The notes under the pieces: generated by a model | What the model saw: the letters and a program-made list of their open reading frames with translations, nothing else | Database searches by the model: none | Told to the model about the DNA's origin: nothing | Translations under genes and position numbers: made by a program | Shown: in pieces, positions 1 to 10,334 of the stretch | Layout of the letters: every line of letters begins with the position of its first letter | How positions within the stretch are numbered: the stretch's first letter is position 1 | Assembly (NCBI GenBank): GCA_041650835.1 | Contig: JBAZKL010000001.1 | Span: 637,617 to 701,616 of the forward strand | Direction: 5' to 3' | Length of the DNA: 64,000 bases | From: Candidatus Omnitrophota bacterium | GTDB lineage: Bacteria; Omnitrophota; Gorgyraeia; Gygaellales; Profunditerraquicolaceae

Positions 1-599
1 ATATCATCATGGTTAAGGTCGACAAAATGCTCCATCGATTCCGGGGGGATACCCAACTGAAGGTAATTGATCAATACCCCTTTAGGCTTGCCGGTCGTGC
101 CTGACGTATAAAAAATAATGGCGTAATCGTTTTCATGCATATCAGTCGGCGGCGGCTCTTTAATGCCGCGGTGTATCAACTCCTCTAACGACAGGCACCC
201 CCGTATCTTCTCATGGCAGACCACGATCTGCTTCAGGCGCGGGCATTTATCCTTGATCTCGTGAAACGAGACGGAATCCTTGGTCTTGGCGATCAAGAAC
301 TTTGCTTCGGAATGCGCCAGGCATGAAATGACCTCTTCTTGCGTCAACATAAAATCCAAAGGCACCGCAGTTGCCCCGCAGCACCAGATCGCCAGATAAC
401 TATACACATATTCCGGCATATTAGGCAGGTAGATCGCGACCTTATCGCCTCTCTTGATCTCAAACTGCTCCATCCCATACAAACTCTGAGCGATCCTGAA
501 GACAAAATCGCGCAACTGCAGGAAGGTGACAGCCTTATCCCTGAAAATAAACGCGGGCTTTTCAGGATATGTTTTTGCCTTAGCCTCTAAGATCTTGAT
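1..599 (-). CDS. AMP-dependent synthetase/ligase (acyl-CoA synthetase family), N-terminal part; 3' end cut by window edge
   Basis: The track did not list this ORF because it runs off the window. The minus-strand translation starts with ATG at 599-597 (MNVIKILEAKAKTYPEKPAFIFRDK...) and contains the AMP-binding motif YTSGTTGKPKGV encoded around 85-120. Confidence 0.8.
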   Translation of the reverse strand, partial: MKILEAKAKTYPEKPAFIFRDKAVTFLQLRDFVFRIAQSLYGMEQFEIKRGDKVAIYLPNMPEYVYSYLAIWCCGATAVPLDFMLTQEEVISCLAHSEAKFLIAKTKDSVSFHEIKDKCPRLKQIVVCHEKIRGCLSLEELIHRGIKEPPPTDMHENDYAIIFYTSGTTGKPKGVLINYLQLGIPPESMEHFVDLNHDD

Positions 600-731
600 A
601 ACATTCATATTTTTTACTCACTTGACCTAAGCCTGGATGGATACAAAAAAGCAAAAATTACCATGAAATTATTGTAACAAAGGAAAGAGTGCTTTTCAAG
701 GGTTTTATGAACAGTTTCATTCGCGGGAGGA

Positions 732-1412
732 TCACTGGCGATTCGCCTGAGATTCTTTGCGGTCAAGGGCGCGCCTAATCTTAATATTCCAGAACACACC
801 CGCCATCAGAACAAGCGTTATTACCATCAAGATCACATGGCGCGCCCCCAAGGGGCGTTTTGCCATCAGGAATTCATCTCTAAAATAAATCATCGCAAGC
901 AATATCAATATGCCATATACCCTGATCCACTCCCCGTTCTTCACGGAAAACTTAAAGTTAAATTGCTTCGCCTGGGCGTGGCGATAAGGCTTTAAACGGA
1001 ATAAAAAGGCGGGGACTTCTTTTTTATACTGCTTGAAATCGTCGCCGAATTTCTCTAAAAGGACAGCTTCTTCCTTTTTGACCGTAAAATAATACACGAA
1101 CCAGAACGCGCCGATATAGTAGCTTAAAAGAAAAGGATTATAGGCGAACAAGGTAAAACCCAGCCCCAAAAGGAAATTACCGACATAAAGGGGATTACGC
1201 ACAAAAGCGTACGGCCCGCAAATGGCCAGTTTACGCGATTTCTCGATATAGCCTGAAGCCCATAACCTGATAACCAGCCCCAGGATGATAGCGGGGATCC
1301 CGTACTGCAGGTACAAATCCTTCGTTGCCGCGAAAAAGATAAAAATAACGCAATAAGGCCAGAAGATCCACAAACGCAGCTTTTTAAACCGGACATTATC
1401 AAATAACTTCAC
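732..1412 (-). CDS. membrane methyltransferase of the ICMT/PEMT family (isoprenylcysteine carboxyl / phospholipid methyltransferase-like)
   Basis: 226 aa with multiple TM segments and the family motif GPYAFVRNPLYVG. Confidence 0.65.
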   Translation of the reverse strand: MKLFDNVRFKKLRLWIFWPYCVIFIFFAATKDLYLQYGIPAIILGLVIRLWASGYIEKSRKLAICGPYAFVRNPLYVGNFLLGLGFTLFAYNPFLLSYYIGAFWFVYYFTVKKEEAVLLEKFGDDFKQYKKEVPAFLFRLKPYRHAQAKQFNFKFSVKNGEWIRVYGILILLAMIYFRDEFLMAKRPLGARHVILMVITLVLMAGVFWNIKIRRALDRKESQANRQ

Positions 1413-1560
1413 AGGGATTCTCCTTTTTTATGGTAAGGATTATACCTTAATTATCGCTCGGATGAAAGTATTATTATAGAAAGCTGACTGAGCATAGTGG
1501 CTCTTTAAGGGGAAAAATGGCATACTTATTATATATGGCATTATGCCGTACAAGGAGCCT

Positions 1561-2322
1561 ATGATGATGGGATTAAAACCTAAGATCCTCGTTGTTGACG
1601 ATGAAATCGATATCAGGGAAACGCTCACTCATTACCTGGCGAAACAAGGCTATGAGGTAAATAGCGCGGCTAACGGCAAAGACGCGTTAACCTATCTCGC
1701 TCATAAAAGCGTTGAAGCGGTCCTTTTGGATATTGTTATGCCGCAGATGAAAGGGTCGGAACTCACCGCGCTAATAAAGAACCGTTATCCCAAAACCAAG
1801 GTCATGATCATTACCGCCTACCCGCACGAAGGAGAAACCCTGGAAAACGAGTTAACGGTGGACGCCTTACTGATAAAACCGCTTACACCGGATGAAGTCT
1901 ATGCTTCATTATTCAAACTACTCGGGAAAAAGCCTGATACCACCGCGCGCGTAATGCCGCGGGACAGGAGACCCCCGCGCTTAAATAACAGCGCCAAACT
2001 TCTTTTTGTCGGGATATCGACAGAAATATTCGAAGCGCTCAAGATCCATTTATGCTCCTTAACGCTCAACGGGCAATTATACGAACTTGAGAACGCCCCC
2101 GACACCAGAGAATTCTTTCAGAGGACAAAAACCAATACCCCCGATATCATCATCATCGACACCGCCTATCTCAACAACCTCAACCCGCGGTTATCGGCGC
2201 TGATACGCGCTACTTCACCGCGCACCCTGGCGCTGGAGCTGACATCGCTCGCATACACATCTTTTAGCCGGGAAGATTTTACCGAGAAGATCCGTATGGT
2301 GAGCTTCATGAAGAAAAACTGA
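1561..2322 (+). CDS. response regulator with an N-terminal CheY-like receiver and a C-terminal degenerate receiver-like domain
   Basis: KILVVDDEIDIRE...LLDIVMPQMKGSEL...KVMIITAY receiver signature. The start is placed at the ATG 6 nt after an AAGGAG RBS (1549-1554). Confidence 0.75.
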   Translation: MMMGLKPKILVVDDEIDIRETLTHYLAKQGYEVNSAANGKDALTYLAHKSVEAVLLDIVMPQMKGSELTALIKNRYPKTKVMIITAYPHEGETLENELTVDALLIKPLTPDEVYASLFKLLGKKPDTTARVMPRDRRPPRLNNSAKLLFVGISTEIFEALKIHLCSLTLNGQLYELENAPDTREFFQRTKTNTPDIIIIDTAYLNNLNPRLSALIRATSPRTLALELTSLAYTSFSREDFTEKIRMVSFMKKN

Positions 2323-2325
2323 CCG

Positions 2326-2664
2326 TTACCGCGCCAAATAATGAACTGCCAGCCAGACGGTCTTTTTCTTCGTATCCGTCCAGGTGACGCGATGCCGCCT
2401 TCCGCAAGGGATAAGCATATAATCCCCCCGGCGCAGTAAACGGGCACGTTTCTCTCCGGATAAAAGTAATTTGGCCGCACCCGACAATACCATGACCCAT
2501 TCCAGGCCTTCCTGCTCGAGCCACTCACCGGGAGGCGTCAGCTGCCCCCGCGAAACAATGCGTTCGATCCTTAAACCTTTATGTTCAAGAAGGCATGAAA
2601 ATATTTCTTCTGCCGCCCCTCGAGGAAGAGAGGCGAATATATTGCCCGGGGTCTTTTTTCGCAT
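2326..2664 (-). CDS. cupin domain protein
   Basis: Small beta-barrel protein with a cupin_2-like core (GEWLEQEGLEWVMVLSGAAKLLLSGE...GDYMLIPCGRRHRV). The start is uncertain. Confidence 0.55.
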   Translation of the reverse strand: MRKKTPGNIFASLPRGAAEEIFSCLLEHKGLRIERIVSRGQLTPPGEWLEQEGLEWVMVLSGAAKLLLSGEKRARLLRRGDYMLIPCGRRHRVTWTDTKKKTVWLAVHYLAR

Positions 2665-2678
2665 AGTATTCTTTACCC

Positions 2679-3134
2679 TTACCAAAAAACCATACCGCCC
2701 GAAGGCTTGAACCCTTCAAGTAACTTCAGCGCTTTTTTCACCGCCTGCTCCTCAACGATCAGCGAAACAGGGAAATCAGCTCCCGTAAGGCTCAATTTCT
2801 CGAAAGAATAAAGGAAATCCGCCTTCCGCAGGAGCGCATCGACATATTCGTAATCTTTATACTCCACAATGACCGCTAAAGCGACATACTGCTGCGACGG
2901 GCTTTTTTCAAATGAGCCCTCATCCTCTCCCCCTTGAGAGGGCGCGGGCGGCTCTACCAGCTGCCCCTCGGCGATCCCTCTTTTCTCCTTCTCTTCCAAA
3001 AGCAGTTCAAACGCTCCCGGAGAATACGCGCCTTGCCCTTCGGCGATCATATCCAGCAGCGCGGCATCAGGAAGCTCTTCATAGCGCTTCTTTAATTTTA
3101 ACCGTTCCTGCGTATCCATACCTTCTCCTTCCAT
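2679..3134 (-). CDS. hypothetical acidic protein
   Basis: ORF with no motif I recognise. An internal Met start was chosen to avoid overlap with the upstream TPR gene. Confidence 0.35.
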   Translation of the reverse strand: MEGEGMDTQERLKLKKRYEELPDAALLDMIAEGQGAYSPGAFELLLEEKEKRGIAEGQLVEPPAPSQGGEDEGSFEKSPSQQYVALAVIVEYKDYEYVDALLRKADFLYSFEKLSLTGADFPVSLIVEEQAVKKALKLLEGFKPSGGMVFW

Positions 3135-3159
3135 GAACTTGCCCGCACCGTTTGCTTCT

Positions 3160-4023
3160 TTACCGGGAAGCGCCCCACGTATCCTCAAATTGCTTTAATT
3201 TCTCAAGATAGGCGCCGGCGACCTCAACGTTCTCAAGATCATTCTTTTGCTGGAATATTTCTTTCGCCGACGCCAGGCTTTCCCGCGCGCGGGTGAAGTC
3301 ATCAATCATAAAATAAGCCAATCCCAGGTTATAATACGCGTGCCCGTTAAGAGAATTAAGGGCGATCAATTTCCGGTAATAGGAGATACTCTGCGGGTAT
3401 TGATCGAGCGCGGCGTATACGCCGGCTATATCGGCGTAGGCATCGCCGGAGTCGGGCTCAAGCGCAATGACTATCTGGTAACATTCAAGCGCCTGCTGAT
3501 AATTTCCCAGCGATGATTGATACGAGGCCAGGTTAAAGAGCGCCTCGGTATACGAGGGGTTTATTTTTAAGGCTTTTTTGAAATGGGCGATCGCCTGAGC
3601 GGTATCACCGCTGGAGGCGTAAGCCATACCCAGGATATTATATACTTTGGCATAATCTTCTTTGATCAAAAGCGCTTTCTGTAATTCAACGATAGCTTCC
3701 CGGGGCTGATTGCCCACTAAGAACGCGATCCCTTTAAAGAACAAGAGCGTGAATTCCTGGCTGAGAGATCCTTCCTCAAAGTCGCGCAGGACCTTTAATG
3801 AGCTCAAAGACGTTGAATCTGTTTTTGAGGCTTCCAGGACTTTTTTGAATTCTTCGCGCGCTTCCTTCCACCTGCCCTCTGCCGCGAAATTAACCCCTTT
3901 TTGGTACAACGCCTCTTTTTGCGGCAGAGGCACTTCGGCATTGCCGCAGGCAAAAATAAGAAAGGCAGCAAGAACAGCGCTGCCGAAGATGTTTAATCTA
4001 TTTTTCTTCATACATACCTTCAC
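3160..4023 (-). CDS. TPR-repeat lipoprotein
   Basis: Signal peptide plus lipobox (LIFAC|GNA) and several tetratricopeptide repeats (AYYNLGLAYF..., ALFNLASYQ...). Confidence 0.7.
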   Translation of the reverse strand: MKVCMKKNRLNIFGSAVLAAFLIFACGNAEVPLPQKEALYQKGVNFAAEGRWKEAREEFKKVLEASKTDSTSLSSLKVLRDFEEGSLSQEFTLLFFKGIAFLVGNQPREAIVELQKALLIKEDYAKVYNILGMAYASSGDTAQAIAHFKKALKINPSYTEALFNLASYQSSLGNYQQALECYQIVIALEPDSGDAYADIAGVYAALDQYPQSISYYRKLIALNSLNGHAYYNLGLAYFMIDDFTRARESLASAKEIFQQKNDLENVEVAGAYLEKLKQFEDTWGASR

Positions 4024-4164
4024 TGCCGGTTATCATCGGGCCACCAACCGGCAACCTACAGAGACGGATCACAGGGGATTTCCGGCAAAAAACGGAGGTT
4101 GCGTTAGTGGCAAAAGAAGGAAAGACCAAAAACAGGTATTGCGGCCCTGATAATACGTATACCC

Positions 4165-4671
4165 TCATTTAACCGCGAGCACTTTAACCTTAAAATACAA
4201 TGTTTTACTTGCCAGGGGGTGATTATAATCCAAGATCACGAAATCATCCTTTATATCCGCGATCCGGGCGGAAACGACCTTCCCGTCAGATCTTTTGATC
4301 TGGATATATTTATTAAGCTTCAGTTCGAGCGTTTTAGGCATATTCTTGCGCTCGATCTGTTTAAATGCTTTCGGGTTTATTTCCCCGTAACCTTCCTGAG
4401 GCGCTACGACAATGGTTTTAGTATTTCCGGCGCGTAAACCCTTAAGCTGCCGCGCCAGGCCGGGGACGATCCCGGCTTTTTTCCCGTGGGTATAGCGTAA
4501 CGGGCCGTGCTTCTTAGAGCTATCGACGACCTTCCCCTCCACGGAAACCGTATATTCGAGGGTAACCGCCTTTCCGTCCTGGATCGCCGTGTCATCGGAC
4601 TTCCCCGAAGAAACACCCATACCGGCAACTAAAGAAAACACTAACAGGACAATAATACGTTTTGTTTTCAT
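4165..4671 (-). CDS. FKBP-type peptidyl-prolyl cis-trans isomerase, secreted
   Basis: Signal peptide and FKBP core (VTLEYTVSVEGKVVDSS...GKKAGIVPGLARQLKGLRAGNTKTIVVAPQEGYGEINPKA). The start is set at MKTKR, preceded by a GGGAGG RBS. Confidence 0.8.
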   Translation of the reverse strand: MKTKRIIVLLVFSLVAGMGVSSGKSDDTAIQDGKAVTLEYTVSVEGKVVDSSKKHGPLRYTHGKKAGIVPGLARQLKGLRAGNTKTIVVAPQEGYGEINPKAFKQIERKNMPKTLELKLNKYIQIKRSDGKVVSARIADIKDDFVILDYNHPLASKTLYFKVKVLAVK

Positions 4672-4744
4672 TCTCGCCTCCCTATTTTCATTATAAACCA
4701 AAAAAGCCTTTACCGGTACTAAAATTACAGGCCGCGGAGAACGG

Positions 4745-6907
4745 CTATGCTTTTACTATCCGCTCAAGGCCGATGCGTTTTAATTCCTTATCTATCGCGA
4801 TCACCTTGACCTTGACCGCGTCCCCGACCGATACAACATCGTACGGGCTCTTCACATAGGTATTGCTTAGCCGGGAAATATGGATCAGGCCGTCCTGATG
4901 CACCCCGATATCCACAAACGCGCCGAAATTAGTCACATTCGTCACGGTCCCCTCAAGCACCATATCGATGCTTAAGTCATCGATCTCGTTTATCCGCGTA
5001 TTAAAAGAAACACAGGAGAATTCTTTTCGAGGGTCAAGACCCGGCTTACAAAGCTCCTTAACGATATCATTGAGCGTCAGGAGCCCCAGGTCATCGCGGA
5101 CATACCCCCGGCAGTCGATCTTTGCGGCCTCTCTTTCATTGCCGATCAACTCCCGGATATCGATCCCCCGGTCGCGCGCCATTTGTTCAACGCAGGAATA
5201 GCGCTCCGGATGGATCGCGGAATTATCTAAAGGGTTATTCCCGCCGGGTATCCTCAAGAAACCGGCGCATTGCTCAAAAACCTTATTTCCCAAACGCGCG
5301 ACCTTCAACAGGTCATTCTTATCGTTAAACGAACCGTACTGCGCCCGGTAGGAAACGATATTCGAAGCGATGGTTTTTCCGATCCCCGAAACATAAGACA
5401 AAAGCGCTTCTGAAGCGGTATTTAAGTTCACTCCGACATGATTAACGCAAGATTCAACCACATAATCCAAGGTATCCTGTAATTCCGCCTGGTTGACGTC
5501 GTGCTGGTATTGCCCTACCCCGATCGCCTTGGGCTCGATCTTTACCAATTCTGCCAGAGGGTCCTGCAGCCTTCGGGCGATACTGATCGCCCCCCTGACG
5601 GTCACATCAAGACCGGGAAACTCTTTAACAGCCGTTTCAGACGCCGAATAAACCGACGCCCCCGCTTCACTGACAACAATACACAAAACCGGCGCTTGCT
5701 CCTGTTTAAGCAGCTCAATAAAGAACGCGTTGGTCTCTTTTGAAGCGGTGCCGTTACCTATCGCGATAATATCCACGCCGTGTTTTTTGATCAATCCCGC
5801 GACAGCCTGCTGAGCGAGCTTTCTCTGCTGCTCTGACGAATGGGGAAAGATCTGCGCGTATTCTTTATAATTTGAGTTGCGGTCTATGACCACCACCTTA
5901 ACGCCGGTCCTAAAACCCGGGTCAACGCCCATGATCACCTTATGCCCCGCCGGCGAAGCTAAAAGCAGGTTTTCCAGGTTCTTGGAAAATACGCTTATTG
6001 CCTCTTTTTCAGCTTCAGCGAGCTTCATTAAAAACACCTCTGTTTCTATGGAAAGTGAGAGCAGCCGTTTGTAACTGTCGGTTATCGCGGCGCATAATTC
6101 AGGATAGAACAAAGCTTCTTTATCGACGATCACTGCCTCTTCAATTAATCCCCGCGCGCCCTCCGGGTCAACTTCGATCTTCCAGATCAAAACATTTTCC
6201 GCCGCCCCGCGCCTGATCGCCAGGATCCGGTGCGAAGGCGATTTCTTGAGAGGCTCCGAAAAATTATAATAGGTTTCGAATTTTGATTTTTTGCCCGCCC
6301 AATCCTTATGCGGCCGCGCGATAATGACCCCCTCGCCCCAGGCGTATTCCCGGAGCCTGCTACGGACCCGGGCGTTATCAGCGATCATTTCAGCGACAAT
6401 ATCACCGGCCCCTAACAAGGCATCTTCATAGGTATTAACCCCCTTATCGGGGTTCAAGAACCTTAAAACGATCTCCTGCTTTCGGCCTTCGCGGAGCTGT
6501 TCCATCATGATATCCGCCAACGGCTGCAGCCCCTTCTCTTTCGCGATCGTGGCGCGGGTCCTTTTCTTAGGCTTGAACGGGAGGTAAAGGTCTTCGAGCT
6601 TTTGCTTTTCCCGGCAGGCGGCGATCTCTTTTTCCAATGCCGGCGTCAAAAGCCCCAGGCCATCGATCGTCTTGATGACAGTTTCTTTCCTTTTTTCAAG
6701 CTCGGTATAATAATTCAGCTTAACCTGTATCGCGCGCACCCGGGTTTCATCCAAACCGCCTGTTTTTTCTTTTCGATACCGCGAGATAAAAGGCACGGTC
6801 GCTCCTGATGAAAAAAGCTCGACGGTACTCTTCACCGCGGGTAACGCGATAGAGAGATCTTCAGCGATATACAAAGCGATCAAATTATTTTCCATATCAG
6901 AGGGCAC
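4745..6907 (-). CDS. tex: transcription accessory protein Tex (YqgF/HhH/S1 domains)
   Basis: 720 aa with the Tex N-terminal signature (VPFISRYRKE..TGGLDE) and a C-terminal S1 domain (GTVTNVTNFGAFVDIGVHQDGLIHISRLS). Confidence 0.9.
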   Translation of the reverse strand: MPSDMENNLIALYIAEDLSIALPAVKSTVELFSSGATVPFISRYRKEKTGGLDETRVRAIQVKLNYYTELEKRKETVIKTIDGLGLLTPALEKEIAACREKQKLEDLYLPFKPKKRTRATIAKEKGLQPLADIMMEQLREGRKQEIVLRFLNPDKGVNTYEDALLGAGDIVAEMIADNARVRSRLREYAWGEGVIIARPHKDWAGKKSKFETYYNFSEPLKKSPSHRILAIRRGAAENVLIWKIEVDPEGARGLIEEAVIVDKEALFYPELCAAITDSYKRLLSLSIETEVFLMKLAEAEKEAISVFSKNLENLLLASPAGHKVIMGVDPGFRTGVKVVVIDRNSNYKEYAQIFPHSSEQQRKLAQQAVAGLIKKHGVDIIAIGNGTASKETNAFFIELLKQEQAPVLCIVVSEAGASVYSASETAVKEFPGLDVTVRGAISIARRLQDPLAELVKIEPKAIGVGQYQHDVNQAELQDTLDYVVESCVNHVGVNLNTASEALLSYVSGIGKTIASNIVSYRAQYGSFNDKNDLLKVARLGNKVFEQCAGFLRIPGGNNPLDNSAIHPERYSCVEQMARDRGIDIRELIGNEREAAKIDCRGYVRDDLGLLTLNDIVKELCKPGLDPRKEFSCVSFNTRINEIDDLSIDMVLEGTVTNVTNFGAFVDIGVHQDGLIHISRLSNTYVKSPYDVVSVGDAVKVKVIAIDKELKRIGLERIVKA

Positions 6908-7020
6908 CTGTGTATTTAAAAAATTTCCGCCTGTGATTATTTTCGGGCTATTGTAACATTAAACGGCAGGGTATTCAAATACAAATATAAAAGGAGGGAA
7001 AGCGTTTATTGCTAAATATT

Positions 7021-7395
7021 TTATTTGTTCAAAACGCGCGCGATCAGGCTTTTTAGCTCCGCATCATTAATGGGCTTGCAAAGATACCCGCAGCATTTAA
7101 CCTGTTTGATCCGCGCGACCGTTCTTTCATCCGCGAACGCGGTCAAGCATATAATGGGGGAATCGCAAAAACGATTAATGCTCCGCGCGGCCGCGATCCC
7201 GTCAATCGCGCCCTTCAAGCGCACGTCCATCAGTATCAGGTCAGGCCGCGCGCTTTGAACCGCCTTAAGCGCTTCTTCACCGCTGGAGGCCGGTTCCGGG
7301 ACTTGATAGCCTTGCGCCTCTAAAAAACATTGCAGGCTTTTGGCGACAATAATTTCATCTTCAACGATCAATATTCTTTTTTTAGAGGAAGCCAT
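7021..7395 (-). CDS. single-domain CheY-like response regulator receiver
   Basis: KRILIVEDEIIVAKSL...DLILMDVRLKGAIDGIAAARSI. It is 124 aa and a close paralogue of the 51082-51456 protein. Confidence 0.8.
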   Translation of the reverse strand: MASSKKRILIVEDEIIVAKSLQCFLEAQGYQVPEPASSGEEALKAVQSARPDLILMDVRLKGAIDGIAAARSINRFCDSPIICLTAFADERTVARIKQVKCCGYLCKPINDAELKSLIARVLNK

Positions 7396-7522
7396 AGCAG
7401 CCCGAACCAGGGAAAATATTTTTTTGATCAGCCCTTAATTTCACGGTTTTTACGCGCTCCACGCAAAAACTATTTATTTAGAATGGAATATTTACAAGAT
7501 ATCCAACTATGTTATAATATGC

Positions 7523-8061
7523 CTATGAACGCCAAACTCATATCATTGCTGTGGCATATCCCCTTAAAAGACTGGTTTATTCTCCTGACACTTTCAATAC
7601 TGATGGTCTCATTGCTGGAGATCCGTAAGCTCAAAAAGATCATCGCTCAGGAAGCGCAAAAAAGGCTGATCCCGCAATTAACGCTGGAATTGATCTTAGA
7701 CTCCAACATCAAGAAATCGGGCTTTTACCTTAAGAACGACGGGTTTTTCCTGGCGCGGGAGATCAAGATCGAAGACCTGAACTTAACTCTCGACGATTAC
7801 GGGTTCAAGCTCAACTATATCCTTACCTTTGGAACGCTCGACAGCCTTAAACCGCAGGAACGCGTCAAGCTTGATTTTAAAACATTTGATAAAAAACTTA
7901 CCCCGCTTCCCGAAGTGACCGAAATGCTCATCCCGCACCTGATCAACCCTGCTTTCAAAGTGACTATTTTCTACACGAACATCGAAAATATCAAATTCCG
8001 GCTGGCCTTTTCTAAAAAGCGGGAAAAATTCTTCGTTGAATCTCTTGAGATCTGCAAATAA
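7523..8061 (+). CDS. hypothetical membrane protein
   Basis: The ORF has an N-terminal TM helix. The track ORF starts at 7330 and would overlap the receiver gene, so an internal ATG (MPMNAK) was chosen. Confidence 0.4.
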
Positions 8062-8108
8062 CGTTCAATCTGTTTACCCTGCGCCTTTTCATAGGAGCGC
8101 AGATATTA

Positions 8109-9599
8109 CTAAAACCCATACCAGTAATTTACCAGCGGCTTTGAACCTTTCGAGGCATCGACGATCACATTCTTAAGGCGGCAATACTCATAGAATCCAT
8201 CCTTACCCAATTCCTTGCCGAAGCCGCTTTGTTTAAAGCCTCCATAGGGGACTTCATTATAGAACATACCGTAGGTATTGATCCAGATAGTGCCGGCATT
8301 GATCTTTTGGGCCGTTTCTTTCGCCAAGTCAATATCCTGTGTCCATAAAGAACAGGCGAGCGCGAACTCACTTTCGTTGGCCAATACAACCGCCCCATTG
8401 AGGCTGGAGAATTTATCGATACAAGCTACCGGGCCGAAAACCTCCTCTTTAAAGATCGTCATTGCCGAAGAAACCTCGCTCAAGACGGCAGGCTCCAGAA
8501 AAAATCCTTTATGAAACGCCTCCGCGGCGGGAATAACACCTCCGCAGAGAAGGCGCGAGCCTTCTTTTTTCGCTTTCTCAATATACATAAGGACTTTCTT
8601 GCGCTGTAAATCAGAGACCAGCGGCCCCATTTGAGTCTGGAAATCTTCCGCGCTGCCTAATTTGATCCTTTTCGCTTTCGCGCAGAATTCAGAAATGAAC
8701 GCGTCGTATATCTCTTCAGCCACGAGGATGCGCGACATTGCCGTGCACATCTGCCCCTGGTTCAGGAATATTGAACACAATAAACCGTTAACCGCCAGTT
8801 CCAGGTCCGCGTCCTTAAAAACTATTCCCGCGGACTTACCTCCTAATTCCACGACCAATTTCTTAACGTGCTCGGCGGAATCATTGATGATACGTTTTCC
8901 CACTTCATTACTGCCGGTAAAAGACACCATATCCACGCGCTTATCCTTGCACAAAACTTCTCCCAGAACGGCTCCCGGGCCGTTAAGGATATTTACCGCT
9001 CCCTGGGGCAGGCCGGCATCATAAATGATCCTGCCTAATGCCAAGGCGGTCAAAGGAGTCAAGCTCGAGGGTTTCAGGATCACCGTATTGCCCGCTGCCA
9101 GCGCTTGCGCCATTTTCCAACAAGCGATCAACAAGGGATAATTCCACGGCACGATCAAAACAACCACCCCATGCGGTTCGCGCATAAGCACGCTTTCGGC
9201 ATCGCCGGTTTGCGCGGAGATCTTTATCGTTTCGGGGCGTAAATAATTTTCCAGGTTGTTGGCGAAATACTCGAACGTTTTAGCGGCGCTGGGAATATCC
9301 ATAAAAGTGGATTCTTTAATAGGCTTGCCGGTATTGGCTGACTCAAGCTGCGCTAATTCCTCCGCCCGGTCCAATATTCCCTGCGCGATCTTTAAAATAA
9401 AGGCTTTGCGTTCAGGTAAAGTCAGCCTTGGCCAGGGACCCTGGTCAAAAGCGGAACGCGCGGCCGCTAAAGCTACTTCAACGTCCCTCACAGATGCAAC
9501 CGAAACTTCGGCGATAACCTGCCCGTTGGAAGGGTTGATGACCTTATGCTTCTCTTTAGTATCCTTTAATTCACCGTCAATAAGTAGTTGAGTATCCAT
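8109..9599 (-). CDS. NAD(P)-dependent aldehyde dehydrogenase
   Basis: 496 aa with ELGGKSAGIV (glutamate active site) and FLNQGQMCTAMSR (catalytic Cys) motifs. Confidence 0.9.
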   Translation of the reverse strand: MDTQLLIDGELKDTKEKHKVINPSNGQVIAEVSVASVRDVEVALAAARSAFDQGPWPRLTLPERKAFILKIAQGILDRAEELAQLESANTGKPIKESTFMDIPSAAKTFEYFANNLENYLRPETIKISAQTGDAESVLMREPHGVVVLIVPWNYPLLIACWKMAQALAAGNTVILKPSSLTPLTALALGRIIYDAGLPQGAVNILNGPGAVLGEVLCKDKRVDMVSFTGSNEVGKRIINDSAEHVKKLVVELGGKSAGIVFKDADLELAVNGLLCSIFLNQGQMCTAMSRILVAEEIYDAFISEFCAKAKRIKLGSAEDFQTQMGPLVSDLQRKKVLMYIEKAKKEGSRLLCGGVIPAAEAFHKGFFLEPAVLSEVSSAMTIFKEEVFGPVACIDKFSSLNGAVVLANESEFALACSLWTQDIDLAKETAQKINAGTIWINTYGMFYNEVPYGGFKQSGFGKELGKDGFYEYCRLKNVIVDASKGSKPLVNYWYGF

Positions 9600-10095
9600 A
9601 AGAGCCTCCAGTCACAGGTCGCATGACACAAGACACAAGTCAAAAGTAGTCCATGGTCCACAGTCCATGGTCGATAGTAAATGAACATCCGGAAAATTGG
9701 AAATCCGGGACTAGGGAAACCGGAAATCAGAGGATCCGGGATATTACATAAAGCCTAATGAGCACGAGTACCAATTGTCATGCCGCGAAAGCGGGCATCT
9801 AAAAAGATTGCTTCGTCGCCCGCCATAGAAACTTTGGCGGGCTCCTCGCAATGGGCATAATGGTTATTTTGTGTTGTTATTTGAGCTCTATTATCTTTTG
9901 AATTCGACAAATGTCGACGGAAACTTTATATTAAATACTCATTACACTATTTCAATTATTGAACCGGTTTAATATATGATAGTAATATTTGTTCTATCTT
10001 ATAGTAAAATCAACATGTTGTAAATATGGGCAGCAACACTTTTTAACCATTATGCCCGCAATGACACGAATTAATCTACATTGCTTAGAATACTG

Positions 10096-10306
10096 CTAAC
10101 GGATGGCTGCGACTGCACCTTGCCTTTATCGGATTGGCAAGTGCGTCCTTCTGGACTGATTTTGAGCGGGGCATAAAGGCAAGGAGCGGGCATGGTGTCC
10201 CGACGTTATACGTCGGGACGAGCGACGCAGCCGACCTGAGCGAAGTTTTGCCACGCTGGGGCAAAACGAGCGTCCCCGCGAGAAACAGTCGCAGCCATCC
10301 GTAATC
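10096..10306. repeat. 211 bp structured element bounded by 17-20 bp perfect terminal inverted repeats, with nested internal hairpins
   Basis: acggatggctgcgactg at 10099-10115 is the exact reverse complement of 10287-10303. Internal stems are ccttgcctttat/ataaaggcaagg, gtcccgacg/cgtcgggac and gttttgcc/ggcaaaac. Confidence 0.5.
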
Positions 10307-10334
10307 TAAAAAAAACAAGGGACTGACAGTTTCA

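Noticed and set aside
7330-7522. 5' extension of the 7330-8061 ORF
   Set aside because: It overlaps the convergent receiver gene 7021-7395 on the other strand. An internal ATG at 7523 precedes the first TM helix.
9600-10334. tmRNA, RNase P RNA, SRP RNA or tRNA in the large intergenic region
   Set aside because: I could not find the conserved tRNA-like 3' end (GGUUCGAnUCC...CCA), the RNase P P4 motifs or the SRP domain IV motif by eye. This is left as an unclassified structured element.
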